Assembly (NCBI GenBank): GCA_951406725.2
Contig: OX597814.1
Coordinates: 135,532,001-135,596,000, forward strand
DNA: 64,000 nucleotides
Origin: Octopus vulgaris
Lineage: Eukaryota
Direction of reading: 5' to 3'
How positions within the stretch are numbered: position 1 is the first letter of the stretch; each line of letters starts with the position of its first letter. Shown piece by piece: positions 1 through 13,682 of this stretch. Under the pieces are notes generated by a model that searched no databases, was not told where the DNA came from, and was given only the letters and a program-made list of their open reading frames with translations. Both the position numbers and the translations under genes were made by a program.

Positions 1-299
1 CCAGGGGACATTATACTATTTTTAATATCATATAAAAGCACCTGTGCAGCACCACGTAAAAACATCCGTGTGGTGTCACATAAAAGCGTCCAGCACACTC
101 TGGTTGGTGTTAGGAAGGGCATCCAGCCATAGAAACCATGCCAAATTAGACTGGAGCTTGGTGCAGCTCTCTAGCTTACCAGCTCTGATCAAACTGTCTA
201 ATCCATGCCAGCATGGACAATAAATGTTAAATAATGATGATGATGATAGTTTTATAGAGATACTAGAGAGGAGTTATGTCCATGTGTGCTGTGTACAAA

Positions 300-3200
300 T
301 ATATACAAAATGTAACATGAAAGAGATCCTTCAAAAGTTATCTTAAGTGTAAAGAACACAGGTACAAATTCTTTTAGATGAATAAAAGCTCTGGATTGGG
401 TGGAATAAGCATACTGTTAACAGAGAAATGGATAGATATGGCAACTGAATTAGAATATGTAAACAGATTAATTATGCTTATGTTAGTTATAGGCTACAGT
501 GATTTCTGCATATGTGTTAGAATCAGGTATAACAGATGTACGAAAGAACCAATTCTATGAAGTCCTCTTGTGGACTACCTCAGAGACTAATGACAATGAC
601 CTTGTTGTTACTTTTAAGGAGGTCAGTGGACACTGGGAAACATCCACAACAGCCATAGTCTCCATGTACTCAAGTGTACATGAAGGCTATTGCACAAGGA
701 ATGAAGAAGAATCAAGGGTGCTGGAGTTTTGTGATACAACTCTGATCTAACCATTTGTAACTCATCATCGTCATCATTGTTTAACGTCCACTCTCCATGC
801 TGGCACGAGTTGGATGATTTGACATAGAGCTGGCTAGCAGGGAGTTGTTCAGACTCCAGCTGTCAGTTGTGGCACGGTTTCTGTGGCTTGATGTCCTTAA
901 TGCCAACCACTTAGCAGAGTGTGCTGGGTGCTTTTTACATGCCACCGGCATGGGTGCATTTACATAGCACTAGCATTGATACAGCACCAGTATGGGTACT
1001 TTTTAAGTGGCACCAGCACCCAAAAGGACAAGCCTGTATTACATGGAAGACAGTGATTTTTCTTAGCTTGACATATCTTATAAGTATAGCAAAATCACAT
1101 CTCCCAGTCTCTTGTCATTTCCTCAGTGAGGCCCAGCATCTGAAGATCCTTTCTCACCACTTTGTCTCACATCTTCCTGGGTCTACTCTTTCCACAGGTA
1201 CCCTCCACAATTAAAGCTCAGCTGTCCTCCTGAAAACCAGTTACAGATCTTATTAGGAAACAGAATAGACAGCTGGCTGTGTTTCTAAATTTTTCCCCTA
1301 TGAAGAAAGTAGCACTTGAGATAGACTAATGGTCAATGACTCCTTAGGGTTAGAACAGAATAGACACAGAAATGAGAAAAAGTGAAAGGTACAAAATCTA
1401 AAAGATCCTTCAGTCATACATAAATTCAAAGAAGTAACAGGTAAAACTTCTGAGTGAAGTAAGAGAGATAGATACATACAACAACTGGGAGTTTTTCAAA
1501 GACAATCCATTAAGAGCCATAGACCAGAATTGAAAATGGAGCAAGGTTCCAGCTAGATGGAAGGTAACATGGTGGTAGAATGGTAGAGAAGGTAGTCATA
1601 AAGGTCAAAACATATGTCTAAGAAGATTTGATGAGTAGAAGGGGCAAGGAATAGTATCATGTAGATCGAAGAGAAGTTAGACATCAGGCATTTTTAACAA
1701 AGAGAGGAGATCTAAGTGGAGGTCTGACAATGTTCTGTTGCAAGAGGATCAGAGGTCTGATGTTTTTCAGATTGCAAAGCTGAATCAGGATGTCGTTGGT
1801 GAAAAGTGTGTTTGAAATGTGAGTGTTTCCTCACTTAGGCAAAAAGAGATCTAAGAGTCTAAAACCCCCTTCGTTCACAAATGACCATGGGATTGCACTT
1901 AGAAAAGTTCCCTTATGAGGCATAGTCCAGGCAAGGTTATTTATGGAAGTCGCCCATGCATACCAATATTGCACCAGTGATGTAGCAACTCATTTCTACA
2001 GCTGAGTGAACAGGAGTAATGTAAATAAAGTGTCTTGCTCAAGAACACAACACACAGCTCAGTCCGGGAATTGAAATCAGTACCTCATGATTGTAAGCCT
2101 GACACTCTAATCACTGAACCATTTGCTTTTGCGAAAAGAAATACAGCCCAGCTAATTAGGAAAAGGATTAGATTATATTAGATGCTATACAAATTTATGC
2201 TAAAATGAAGAGAGAGTTTTCAATGAGTTGTTTAATTTATTTAAATGCAGCTAGTTGTCCATCAGAGCTCCTTTCTCAGCTCCTGCTTGGTTATTATAGT
2301 TTTTCTGGCTATGAGAGAGGAGTAAACTCTTCTCTCAGATGAATTAGTTCTGACAACTGAATCTGTCAAAGAACTAAGGCAGGCATTCTGAATGTGAAAG
2401 CAAAGTCATCATCATCACTTAGCGTCTGTTTTCCATGCTGGTATGGATTAGATGGTTTGACTGGAACTGATAAGCCAGAGAACTGCACTAGGTTCCAGTC
2501 TAATTTGGCTGTGTTCTACAGATGGATGCCCTTCCTAATGCCAAGCACTCCATAGAGTGTACCAAATGTCTTTTATGTGCCACCAGCACAGGTGTCACTG
2601 GCACTAGCCACAATTATGATTTCATTTGATTTGACGAAAAGTCCTCAAAGTTAACCTATCAAGGACATAAGTTTTGGTTTGCCAGAAATATGACAGCACT
2701 CTTAATACCATCTCATAAGTAGCCATATTCTACTTGCTTCAGTCATTAAACTGCGGCCATGCTGGGGTAATGTCTTGAAGACTTTTTAGTCAAATGAATT
2801 GACTCTGGTACTTATTTTCTCTTTGTTATGCCTGGTACTTATTCTATCGGTCTCATTTATCAAACCACTAAGTTATAGGGGCAAAAGCACATCAACACTG
2901 GTTATCAATTGGTTGTGGGAAACAAACACAAAACCATCCACACATAGACATATATATGACAGCCTTCTTTCAGTTTCCATCTACCAAATCTACTTGCAAG
3001 TAATTGCTCGACCTGAGGCTACAATAGAAGACACATGCCCAAGGTGCTATGCAGTGGAACTGAGTCTTTTTCAATATGCATAAGAGGGACTGGTAGGAAT
3101 TCTATGCATTGTCTTTAATATAAACTGTGGGTGCATAAATAATGCAATAAGATCACAGGCAGGCTGAGAGAAAAAGAAGCACCTCATATGTAGCAGATGC

Positions 3201-3960
3201 ACATAAGTAATTAGCAGTAATAGCAACCATAAAATGAATTCATTAAATGGGTCGATGACTCCCTAGAAGTAGTTGTTTACTTCAATTTCCTAACTAGCAA
3301 TGGTGGTGGGTGTTTTCAAAGTCTAGTAGCCAGAATAAAAATGGAGATGAGGAAAAAAATTAGGACAGATTGCTTGATGTTTATGTATGAAGTGTGATAA
3401 TACATGGTGGCAAAACTTGGCATTGAATGTGAGTGAAGGCTAGAAAGAATTAAGATGAGCATGTTTCACTGGACATTTAATATTGGCTTCAAATGTTGGC
3501 ACAAGACCAGCAATTTCAGCGGATGGAGTAAGTTGATTACATCAACCCCAGTGCTCGGTTGGTACTTATTTTATTAACCTCCAAAAGGATGAAAGGCAAA
3601 GTTGACTTCAGCAGAATTTGAACTCAGAATGTAAAGATGAATGAAATGCTGTTAAACAATTTGTCTGGCTTGCTAATGATTCAGCCAGCTTGCTGCCTTA
3701 CACTGGATATGTAATATTAGTAACTAAGAGAAAACAGGTGAATATAAGAAGAATCATGTAATGTGCATGGGACATGATAGTTGATTAAGAAGTGCCAAAT
3801 GATTTGTGCAGAAGGCACCTATGAAAAAGGAGCAAGTGTGAAAGCTGACCTTAGAATACTAAACTTCATGAAGGAAATGATGATGGACCACAGCAAGTGG
3901 TTAGTTGGAGGAGACTCCTTTGTCTCATATGAACATAGGAAAACAGACATGATAATGATT
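300..3960 (+). mobile_element. Fragmented RTE-type LINE, interrupted by SINEs
   Basis: Degenerate AP-endonuclease-like pieces at 378-750 (GGISILLTEKWID, RNEEESRVLEFC), further remnants at about 1230-1840 and 3070-3470, and a 3' tail ending gaaaacagacatgataatgat near 3960; homologous to the minus-strand copy at 59995-61320. Confidence 0.6.
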
Positions 3961-4202
3961 CACGTAAAAAACACCATTTGAGCGTGGCTGTTGCAAGTAC
4001 CGCCAGACTGGCCCTCGTGCCGGTGGCACATAAAAGCACCCACTACACTCTCGGAGTGGTTGGTATTAGGAAGGGTATCCAAGTGTAGAAACTCTGCCAG
4101 ATCAGATTGGAGCTTGGTGCAGCCATCTGGTTCACTAGTCCTCAGTCAAATCGTCCAACTCATGCTAGCATGGAAAGCAGACGTTAAATGATGATATGTA
4201 TA

Positions 4203-5117
4203 TAAGGTGGTATCAAAAGTTCCAGGACTAGTTATGTTTAATAAAAAATAAGTTATTTACCTAAGGTTTAACATCATCTCCTTCAAAATAGTCACCTTGC
4301 ACAGCAATACACTGGTATCAACGTTACTGCCTCTTTTAGAATCTGGCCTGGATGTCATTTTCCATAAGTGATATTTGCTCTGGCGCTTGGCAACAGTATT
4401 AAAACATCATCCTTTGAACGACATTTTCCTCTTGGAGAAGAGATGAAAGTCCGTAGGTGCTAAATCTGAATAGGGCAGGTGCAGAAGTGATATCATGATT
4501 TTGGTGAGAAACTCACATGTGAAGAGAGCTTGGTGACAAGGTGCATTGTCATTCTGAAGAATTTAATTCTTTGTGCTCCACAGATCTGATCATCTTAGCT
4601 GAATGTCTTGCCTCCAAAACTTCAAAATATTGCTGTAGAACTCTTGATTGACAGTCTGGCCCTGGGGGAACAAATTCTCAATGCACAATACCACATTTCT
4701 GGGGTGGCGCTCATGGCAGATCTTCCAGATCGCTCATCGCTTTCCAGATCACTCATTGTCTTCCAGGGACATTCTTCCACTTTTGAAGTGCCCATACCAC
4801 TCAAAACATTATGTATAACCCATTGCCTCATTGCTGTAGGCTTGTTAAAGCATGCTCAATATCTCTGTAGCAGACTTCCCAAGTTTAACGTAAAATATCA
4901 CATTGAGTCTTTGTTCCTGTCCATGACAAAATGCAGACTACAGCATACATGTGATCACAAAAATACAAATTTCACAACTTGTGAAGTAAACACAACAATG
5001 TCACTCAGCACATTGCCTCATGAAGATCACTACTAGCTCTCACTGTGCACACAACCATATGCTGCCATCTGTTGGCACACTACAGGACTAGTCCAGGAAC
5101 CTTTTGATACCACATCA
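4203..5117 (-). mobile_element. Internally deleted mariner (DD34D) transposon
   Basis: TIRs aggtggtatcaaaagttccaggactagt / actagtccaggaaccttttgataccacat with TA flanks; minus-strand remnants DERSGR, QNDNAPCH, YS-DLAPTDFHLF. Confidence 0.85.
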
Positions 5118-5764
5118 TATATATGCATCGTCATCATCATCATCGTGTAATATCTGTCTTCTATGCTGACATAAGTTGGACAGTTTGACAGAACCTGATG
5201 AACCAAAGTACTGCACTGAACTCCAATGTCTACTTTGGCATAACTTTTATAGCTAGATGTTCTTTCCAATGCCAGCTACTTTACATAGTGTACTGAATGC
5301 TTTCTTTTTTTTTTTTTGTAGCACTGACATTAATGAGGTCACCAAGTAATTTGAAAGAGCCCTCAACTGAGTTGGTATAATATTGAGGGAGATGGCTTTA
5401 TGTCAGGTGTTGAGAGATTAAAGTATGATAGAGGGACTAGAACAGGTGTCTTGCTGAAGATAGATAGATGCTTATGTTCTTGTACCTCAAGGTACAAGAA
5501 CATAAGCAAGAGAAAGGGACAGAGGGGCAGAAAAGTGGGGTAGGAAGGTTAGTTTGTGAAGGTGTGAAAGGAGGCTGACAGATGGTTAGAGATGGTGATA
5601 GAGATGGATGCAGTGAATGGGGTACACAGGTGAAGACATGGTCAATGATGCATATCAATTTGGTGGGGAAATGAAGGAAGTTGAGGTGAGTCAGAGAGGA
5701 GGAGGTGATAAATGAAAGTAATAGGGAGACAGTTTGACAGAATCTGAAAGATTGTGAGATAAAT

Positions 5765-5800
<36 letters not shown>

Positions 5801-5932
5801 AGATAATGGTGTCATTGAGACCCAAATGTGTCAGGTAATGCTGAATAAGTGCTATAGAGAGACCATAGTTAAGTTCCAGATTCGGTAATTTTGCGAATAA
5901 GGGGTTCAACGTTGGTTCTATGTCAGCATGTG

Positions 5933-6079
5933 TATATATAAGAATTTTTGTGTAATACCAAGGGTGTGTAGATATTAGAACATTTATAGATAGCTGTAAG
6001 ACCTTCTATCTATAAATGTTCTTAATATCTACACAGCCTTGGTTTTTTATTTCATTACACAAAAAAATTCTTATATATA
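5933..6079. repeat. Long imperfect inverted repeat (hairpin)
   Basis: Arm 5933-5993 is the reverse complement of 6006-6079 apart from a ~10-nt indel and a few mismatches; 12-nt loop. Confidence 0.9.
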
Positions 6080-6086
6080 TATATAT

Positions 6087-7880
6087 AACCGTTCAGCCAA
6101 GCGGTGTCCCATTTGTCCGATGTACAGGGAATGGCAGAGAGAGCAAGAGACGCAATAGATAATATTGCTGGAGGTGCAGGTGAAGGAGTTGATGATGCGA
6201 AAGGGTCGATGATGGGTGCCAGTGAGGAGGGTGGTGTTGGAGAGGTAAGGGCAAATGCGGCAACGTGGGCGGGAGCAGGGGAACGAGCCAGGTTGGGAGG
6301 TAGGGTCAGGGAAGGAGCTATGGACCAAAAGGTCTCGAAGGTTATGGGCTCATTTGAAAGAGGTGAGGGGTCGGTTAGGGGAAGAGGTGTGAAGTGGACG
6401 GGTCGGACTGGAGATGACGGAAAGCTCAAAGAATGGTGCGTTGGAGAGGTAGGGTCGTGGGGTGGTAAGTGAGGAGAAAAGGGAGACGGGAGACTACAGG
6501 GCGGGTTTGGGGAGAGAGAGCAGATACATGGTCCACGGAACATGCTCTGGCAAGGGCGATGTGGATAGTGGTGAGGGGGTATCCATGTAGGATGAAGTGG
6601 TGAGCCATACGTTGAGACTGAGTCTCAAAGTCATGGTCGTCACTACAGAGCCTACGTAGACGGAGGAATTGGGAATAGGGGATGGAAAGCTTGGTGTGTT
6701 CTGGGTGGGAGGAAGAGAAGTTGAGGTAAGAGTGTGAGTCTGTGTGTTTGTAGTGAATGGAGGTAGTAAGAGTGGAGTGAAGAATGCTAACCGAAATGTC
6801 GAGGAAGGAGACAGAGGTGTAGGAGATAGTGGAAGTGAAGTGGAGGGCTGGATGGAAAGATTGAACAAAAGAGAGGAAGGAATCTAGATGTTCATGGGAG
6901 AGTGAGGTGGCACCGATAATGTCGTCAATGTAACGACCATATAGTTCAGGAGCGGGACCAGTGAAATTAGAGAATATTTGGGCCTCAACATAGCCAATGA
7001 ACAGGTTCACATAGTTGGGGCCCATTCGCGTTCCCATGGCCACTCCCGAGATCTGATGGTAGAACTCGCCCGTGAACGAGAAGCAGTTAAGAGTAAGGAC
7101 AAGTTCGGCCAGACAAATGAGTGTGGAGGTGTCAAGTTCAGGGTTGGAGCGGAGGTCAAGAAAGTGTTGAAGTGCCTGCAGTCCTTCGTGGTGAGGGATA
7201 ACGGTATAGAGGCTCTGAATGTCCATAGTAAAAAGGATTTTGGAGGAGCCGGGAGGAAAGGAGAAAGAGTTGAAAAGCTGGAGAGCATGGTTGGTATCGT
7301 GGATGTGGGCAGGAAGAGATGCCACTAGGGGGGCAAGGACACGGTCGAGGTATTTAGAGATGAGCTCCGTGGGCCAGTTACAGGCGGAGACGATGGGGCG
7401 GCCAGGGTTGTTGGTTTTGTGGATTTTGGGGAGGAAGTAAATGGTGGGGGTACGTGGGGTTCGCACAATTAGGTTGGATGCGGTGTGGGGGAGATGGGAG
7501 GAGGAGATGAGGTCGCGGACAGTAGAGGATACCGTCTGTTGGTAGTTACATGTGGGGTTAGAGGACAGAGGGGAGTAGAAGGAGGTGTCATTGAGTTGGT
7601 GGAAAGCCTCAGCCCTGTAGAGGTCCGCGCGCCACACCACTACAGCTCCACCCTTGTCAGCCGGTTTGATGATAATGTCAGCGCGCCGTTGGAGGGAACG
7701 AAGAGCCGAGAGCTCAGCCGGGGAGATGTTGAGGCGGCGTTGGCGCCTGGAGAAGTTGAACCGCTCCAATGCACGCTGACAAGCGCCCGCGAAAAGAACC
7801 ACTGCTAGGAAATGGCCGGGGGCAGGCGTCCATGGGGATGGTCGGCGGCCCAGGTCAGTGAAGTGATGGCTGCAACTCGA
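6087..7880 (-). mobile_element. Penelope-like retroelement (Neptune-type), RT + partial GIY-YIG, truncated at both ends, inactive
   Basis: ORF 7886-6426 carries PLE RT motifs IIIKPADKGGAVVV, YFLPKIHK..NPGRPIVS, MDIQSLY, GVAMG, RYIDD, FLDI, Y.NFSSSHP. After TGA (6426), a +1 frameshift near 6378 and a second TGA it continues NLRDLLV, a CxxxxCxxC linker and NIIY...LYIGQ (GIY-YIG), and breaks off in (TA)n. Confidence 0.93.
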
Positions 7881-9394
7881 TTTCAAGTAAAGTCACAGTT
7901 TGATTGTTCTCTTCAACATGTGCAACATAGATGTTGTTTTTCATTCCTGTTAGGGACTTACAATCTTTTGTGCATAGATGTGGTAACATTTAGTGCCTCT
8001 TTCTGGAGGTGTTAAAGTTTTATTTTGGTGAACCTTCATATGACATTTCAGTCAACTTCCTGATGCACATTCTTTTGCACACTCTCTGTGAGTAGAGATG
8101 CCATATAATGCATAGTTAACAGCTTCCATGTGTCTGTAGCTTCTGCGATGACCTGTAAGACTTTGCGTATGTGTGCATGCACAAGTATGTGTCTGTGAGT
8201 GTTTACTTTCTGCATCATCATCATTTAATGTCTATGCTCCATGCTGGCATGGGCTGGATGGTTTCGCAGGAGCTTCAGATGGGTCTAAGAACTGCATCAT
8301 ACTCCAGAGTCTGCTTTAGCATGGTTTCTATAGCTGAATGCCTTACTTAATGCCAGCCGCTTTACAACATGTACTGGTTGCTTTTTTCATGTCACTAGCA
8401 GCTCACAAAAGTACAATACTGGGTGGGGGCATTTATGTACAGAGATGAGGGGTTAAAATATGAAAGGAGGAGAAGAGGGAGGGACAAACAAGTTCTAGTA
8501 CAGGAGCTGTTTACTCAGCTTTAGGAGAGAGAGTGATAATGGGATTGATCAGTAGGAGCGCAAATCCAGGTGGCTTGTCAAGGTACAAGGTGAGTAGAAG
8601 TGTGTTGGGACAGAGAAAGTAGGTTGATAGGTAGGTGGGAGTTTGTAAAAGAGTATGGGAGAATAATAGATAGCGGGATGGGAGGCAGGTAACTACTGTA
8701 AAGATTGGGTAGGATTGAAGGGTGAGTGTAGGGTGTGGTGGATGATTTGGGGAAGGTAGAGAGATGTAGAAAAGAAGACAAGAAAGAGATAACATATGTT
8801 TGTGCAAGCTACATCCAAGGGTGGGGTAGAGAGGCAAGCATAGTGCATGAAAGAAGATTTGGTGGGCCAGTGGTGAAGAGGGAATTGTGGATGAGAACAA
8901 TGATGGATGGAGAATAGCTAACAAGTGAAATGGTTCTAGATAGCAAGAAAAAGCAAGTGGGGTGGAGGGTTTGCAATGAGAGAAATGATGGGTGATGAGG
9001 TTGATTGGAGGGGATTAGATGAGGTGCATGAACAGGCAAGGATCAGTGACAGAAAGAGTATTCAGTTGTAAAACAATGCCTGAATACTACAAGGTGTTGT
9101 GCCAACCCACGATAGCATGTAAGAACACACCTAAAACAAACCAACATTGTCTTTCTGTTTATCTTTCTCTCTATATCCTATTTCCTGTCAGCTATAGGGT
9201 TTCACTTAATCCCTTTAGTCTTAGAGGTTGCAAGGTGACTTCACAGGTACTGTATCATGAAAAGAAGCACCCAAAACTGTAAAGTGGTTGGCATTTAGAG
9301 GGACATCTGGCTTTAGAGACTATGTCAAATTAGTCATAGGGGTATGACACAATTATCATGATGATGGCATGCGGTATCATTGTCATCATGATGC

Positions 9395-9665
9395 CATGTG
9401 ACTTAGTGGTTAGGGCATTCAGCTCATGATCATAAGGTCATGAGTTCAATTCCTGATGGTGTGCTGTATCCTTGAGCAAGACATTTCACGTTGCTCCAGT
9501 TTACTCAGCTGGCAAAAGTGAGTAGTACCTGGAATTCAAAGAACCATCCTTGTCATATTCTGTATCATGTGAATCTCACTGAGAGCTATGTTAAGGATAC
9601 ATGTATCTGTAGAGTGCTCAGCCACTTGCATTTTAATTTCATGAGCAGGCTGTTCCATTGATTGG
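9395..9665 (+). mobile_element. tRNA-derived SINE, third family; related copies about 1865-2125(-), 21460-21655(-), 26876-27030(+), 37130-37435(-)
   Basis: Head gtgacttagtggttagg ... gagttcaattcc followed by tccttgagcaagaca ... ttgctccagtttactcagctg core. Confidence 0.7.
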
Positions 9666-9899
9666 AGTGCCAGTTATTACATATTTACACACACACACAC
9701 ACACATGCATACATAAATATATATACATATATATATAATGGGTGTATATTATTTGACAGGAGTCATATTTAAGGCTACTAATATACATTTAATCTAATTA
9801 ATGTAGACAGTTTCGGTTTACTGTTGGTTAGGATATTGCTAATGAAATGAAAGAAATAACGTTGCTTAATTATGTTTGCATTCTCTCAATCTATTGCAG

Positions 9900-9995
9900 G
9901 ACACTCATCTTGGACAACAGATTCTATTGGCTTCTGGCCGAATCCACAAAAATAAAATCTATTGTGGGCCAACTGTTTCTCACATGTTGCAAAAG
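9900..9995 (+). CDS. DCAF11: DCAF11 exon 1 (in-window)
   Basis: ttgcag|GAC...AAG|gtaaat; DTHLGQQILLASGRIHKNKIYCGPTVSHMLQK, resembling the DCAF11 QxxLAxG...ML segment; phase 0/0. Confidence 0.75.
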
Positions 9996-10086
9996 GTAAA
10001 TTCTTACATACATTTATTCTTTACTGCAGTGGTTCCCAACCTGTGATCTGCAAACTAAATTCAAAATTTCACACACTCACACACAT

Positions 10087-10135
<49 letters not shown>

Positions 10136-13100
10136 AAATTTAGAGGACTGATCACTAAAAGTGGACAGCCTATATGCTAAACATAGACATCAAATCGCCA
10201 TTACCATGAAGAATGTGTACTCAAGAAAAATCTCAGCAAAAAACCAAAATGTAAACATAAGCAAGGCAAATGAAAATATACAAAATAAAAACCGATTACC
10301 TATGTACCATTGGTTTCATTTGTTAATATTTACATATATGGACACTCAAACATCTGCAAGATCATCAGCATAGTCTGATCATATATATATATGTGTATAT
10401 ATATATATATACACATACACACACATAAGGATAAGCATATTAAAGGGGTTTCATGGGAAAACACATTTAAGTAAAAGGGGTCCTTGGTAGTGAAAAGGTT
10501 GGGAACTACTCCTTTAGTGCAATATGCCACTTCTATATCAGGGGTCAGCAACAAGGTAATCATAGCCCACAAATGGGCCATTAAAGTGATCTATATGGGT
10601 TTCAGATCTTTTATTTCAAATTTATTGTATTTGTAAATCATTGAGTAGTTTCAGGTAACCTTTTTTGTCCCAATTTGTTTAATTTTTGCTAAAATAAGCA
10701 TTGCAAATAATGGAAATAGTGATGCACTTGAGGATGATTTTATTTATTTATAATCATTTCCATTTAACTTCTACTTTTCCATGCTTGCATGGGTTGGACA
10801 GTCTTTATTTTCTATGGCTGGGTACACTTCCTGTTGCCAACAAAGGCAAGGTAATATCCAGGGCCAGCCTTAAGCCAATTGGACTGATTTTTCCTAATCG
10901 GGCCCCGTGCTCAAGGCTAGACATGTTCTTGCAGAATATTGGAAATGAATCACACTGCTTGTTTGACAGTGACAATCAGTTTACAACTGTCACATGATGT
11001 CAAGACAAGGAGACACAAGCACGCATGTGCGCACACAAACACTTTCACTTCCTGTCTACCTAATCCATTCACAAAGCTTTGATTGGCTTGAGCTATAGAA
11101 GACACTTGCTCAATGTGTCATGTATTGAGACTTAACCTAGGACCATGTGGTTGGGAAGCAAGCTTCTTATTTCTTTATTGTTCACAAGGGGTAAACATAG
11201 AGGGGACAAACAAGGACAGACAAAGGGATTAAGTCGATTACATCGACCCCAGTGCATAACTGGTACTTAATTTATCGACCCCGAAAGGATGAAAGGCAAA
11301 GTTGAACTCAGAACGTAACGGCAGATGAAATACCGATAAGCATTTCGCCCGGCATGATAACGTTTCTGCCAGCTTGCTGGCTTCTTACCACACAGCTATG
11401 CTTGCACCTACAAAACAAGGATCAGTTCTTTTTGCAATGGTCCACTTTTGATTTTTTAAAAATTTACTCATGGTACAAAGCCAGCAATTTTTGGGGAAGG
11501 GGAAAATCAATTAAATCAATCCCAGTGTTCTACTAGTACTTATTTTATTGACCCTAAAAGGATAGAAGGTATAATCAACCTCAGTGGAATTTGAACTCAG
11601 AGCATAAAGATGAATGGAATGCTTTTAAGCATTTTGTCCAGCATGATAGCAATTCTGCTAGCTTGCCTTTATATATATATATGTATTGCAAAAAGAAGTT
11701 GTTTATCCTTGTTTTGCATGACAGTGGTTTTCATTTCAATGTTTGTATGTGTAAGAGTATGTATTTTTTTAGATGGAGATTCTTTAGCTATCCCAGACTT
11801 GGTCTTCATCAATAATATATCATTTCCATTCATGTCATTTCAGAGAGTTGAATAACCTATATATTTCACAGGCACAAATGCCCATCATCAAACATGAACA
11901 GTTTTAAGGAATTTAAATTTACATAGATCATTTCTTTAACCCTTTAGCATTCAGACTATTCTTTCAAATGCAATGCTTATATATTCACATTGTTTTGAAT
12001 TAATTGTGCATTATCTCATAATTTTGAGATTTCAGTGATGTAATTGTTTATTTTTAGAATGACAATGTAGAGTAGGTGGGAAAGTTTGGAACTGGCCAGT
12101 TTGAACAAAAAAAAAAAAATGATAGACTATCTGGGCTGGATATGGTCAGTTTGAATGCTAAAGGGTTAAACTGTTCACTTCTGATGATAGGCCTTTGTGC
12201 CCAAAATATATAAAGGGTGCTTAACTGTCTTTTTTGTACTATTAAAATCTTTCTATCTTCTTTATTTGTTATTTTCTTCTGTATCACAATATTTGAAGCA
12301 AACTACAACACTCTTTTTTGTTTTATTTCAGAGAGAAGTTGGCATGGGTGGTAAGCAATGTTTTTCAAATGGAGACCAGTGTGCGATGGGTACCCTGTAA
12401 GTACCTATTCTATATGGTTATGTGTTGATCTTGATATTTTTCTTTCTCTTTTTTCTTTTTTGCTCTTTTTTCTTTTTTTTTTTTACTGATTTTAGTCAAT
12501 TGACTGTAGCTGTGTTGAGTTGGCATCTTTACAAGTTTTTACTCAATTATATCGATTCCAGTACTTAATCTGGTGCTTATTTCATCATCTTCATTAGCTA
12601 CATCAATGCAAAATGGACAACCAGTAAAATTCTGATTCTATTTCTGTTTGAATATTTTGTTTGTCACACATACAGATGTACAGAAGGGAGGAAACCATTA
12701 CAGCTTATTGTAATACATCATCATTTTTCATTTTAATGTTCATTTTGCCATGCTTGCATGAGTTGGATGGAATTTATTGAGGTGGATTTTCTGTGGCCAG
12801 ATGTCCTTCCTATCACCAACCCTCATCTGTTTCCAAGCAAGATAATATTTCCCCATGACCAGACATGCTTTCAAAGATAGTAAATGAAGGACACTGCTTG
12901 CAATAATCACTTGAAGTCAGGTCAAAGAGACACATATACAACAGGTTTCTTTCAGTTTCTGTCTAACAAATCCACTCACAAGACTTTGGTTAGCCTTGGG
13001 CTATAGTAGAAGGCACTTTCCCAAGGTGCCATGTAGTGAGACTGAATCTGAAATCATGTGGTTAGAAAGCAAGTTTCTTACCACACAGTCACACCAGTGT

Positions 13101-13650
13101 CTATTATGTACAGTATATGAAATAAGATTAGATAGAAAACCCTGGTTGCTAGCTCTACAATTTTATATAGAATTACAAGGAAGATGAGAAGAATGACTGA
13201 CGAAACATTACTAATATTAAAATACAAACCAAAAAATCAACACACAGATAAATCACATATAAAATACATAAAAAATTCACCAGTATAATTTTTAAATTTG
13301 TTATTTCTGACTTATCAGTTATAACAATACAGGATTCCTGCAATCTTTTGTAACCTAATCCAAAGCATGCAGATAACATTCCATTATTACCATCATTTCA
13401 TTCTGTAGATGGGACTGTGAAGTTTATGAAAGGTTATTACACTAATGCATGAAGGAATTTTGCATTTACACTAGTGCCATGTCAAAAGCTCTCATGCTGG
13501 TACTGCATAATAGCACTCATGCTGGCACCATGTAATAGCACAAAAGACTCACGAAACAGATTCTTCGAGCTGAGCCAACTAGCAGGATGCCTAGGAGTAG
13601 ACCAAAAACGAGATGGTTGGATATCTTTAGTCTCAGTTTGTCACACTTCG

Positions 13651-13682
<32 letters not shown>

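Noticed and set aside
6055-7808. ORFs overlapping the Penelope element in other frames or strand (6104-6472, 6978-7328, 7485-7808, 6055-6543, 6494-6868)
   Set aside because: Shadow frames of a GC-rich RT coding region with low-complexity translations and no motifs
8420-9060. Purine-rich tract with ORFs 8511-8924 etc.; similar tracts at 5440-5720, 32420-32620, 34600-34880, 37780-38260
   Set aside because: Compositionally biased sequence continuing from the common SINE-like repeat; no recognisable protein
9395-9460. tRNA-like A/B boxes here and at 26876, 54273, 30223
   Set aside because: Each continues into a SINE body and lacks a complete cloverleaf; SINE heads, not tRNA genes
12168-12320. 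Possible intronic C/D or H/ACA snoRNA in the duplicated unit (TGATGA present)
   Set aside because: No terminal CTGA D box or terminal stem, and no convincing double hairpin; a hammerhead relic fits better
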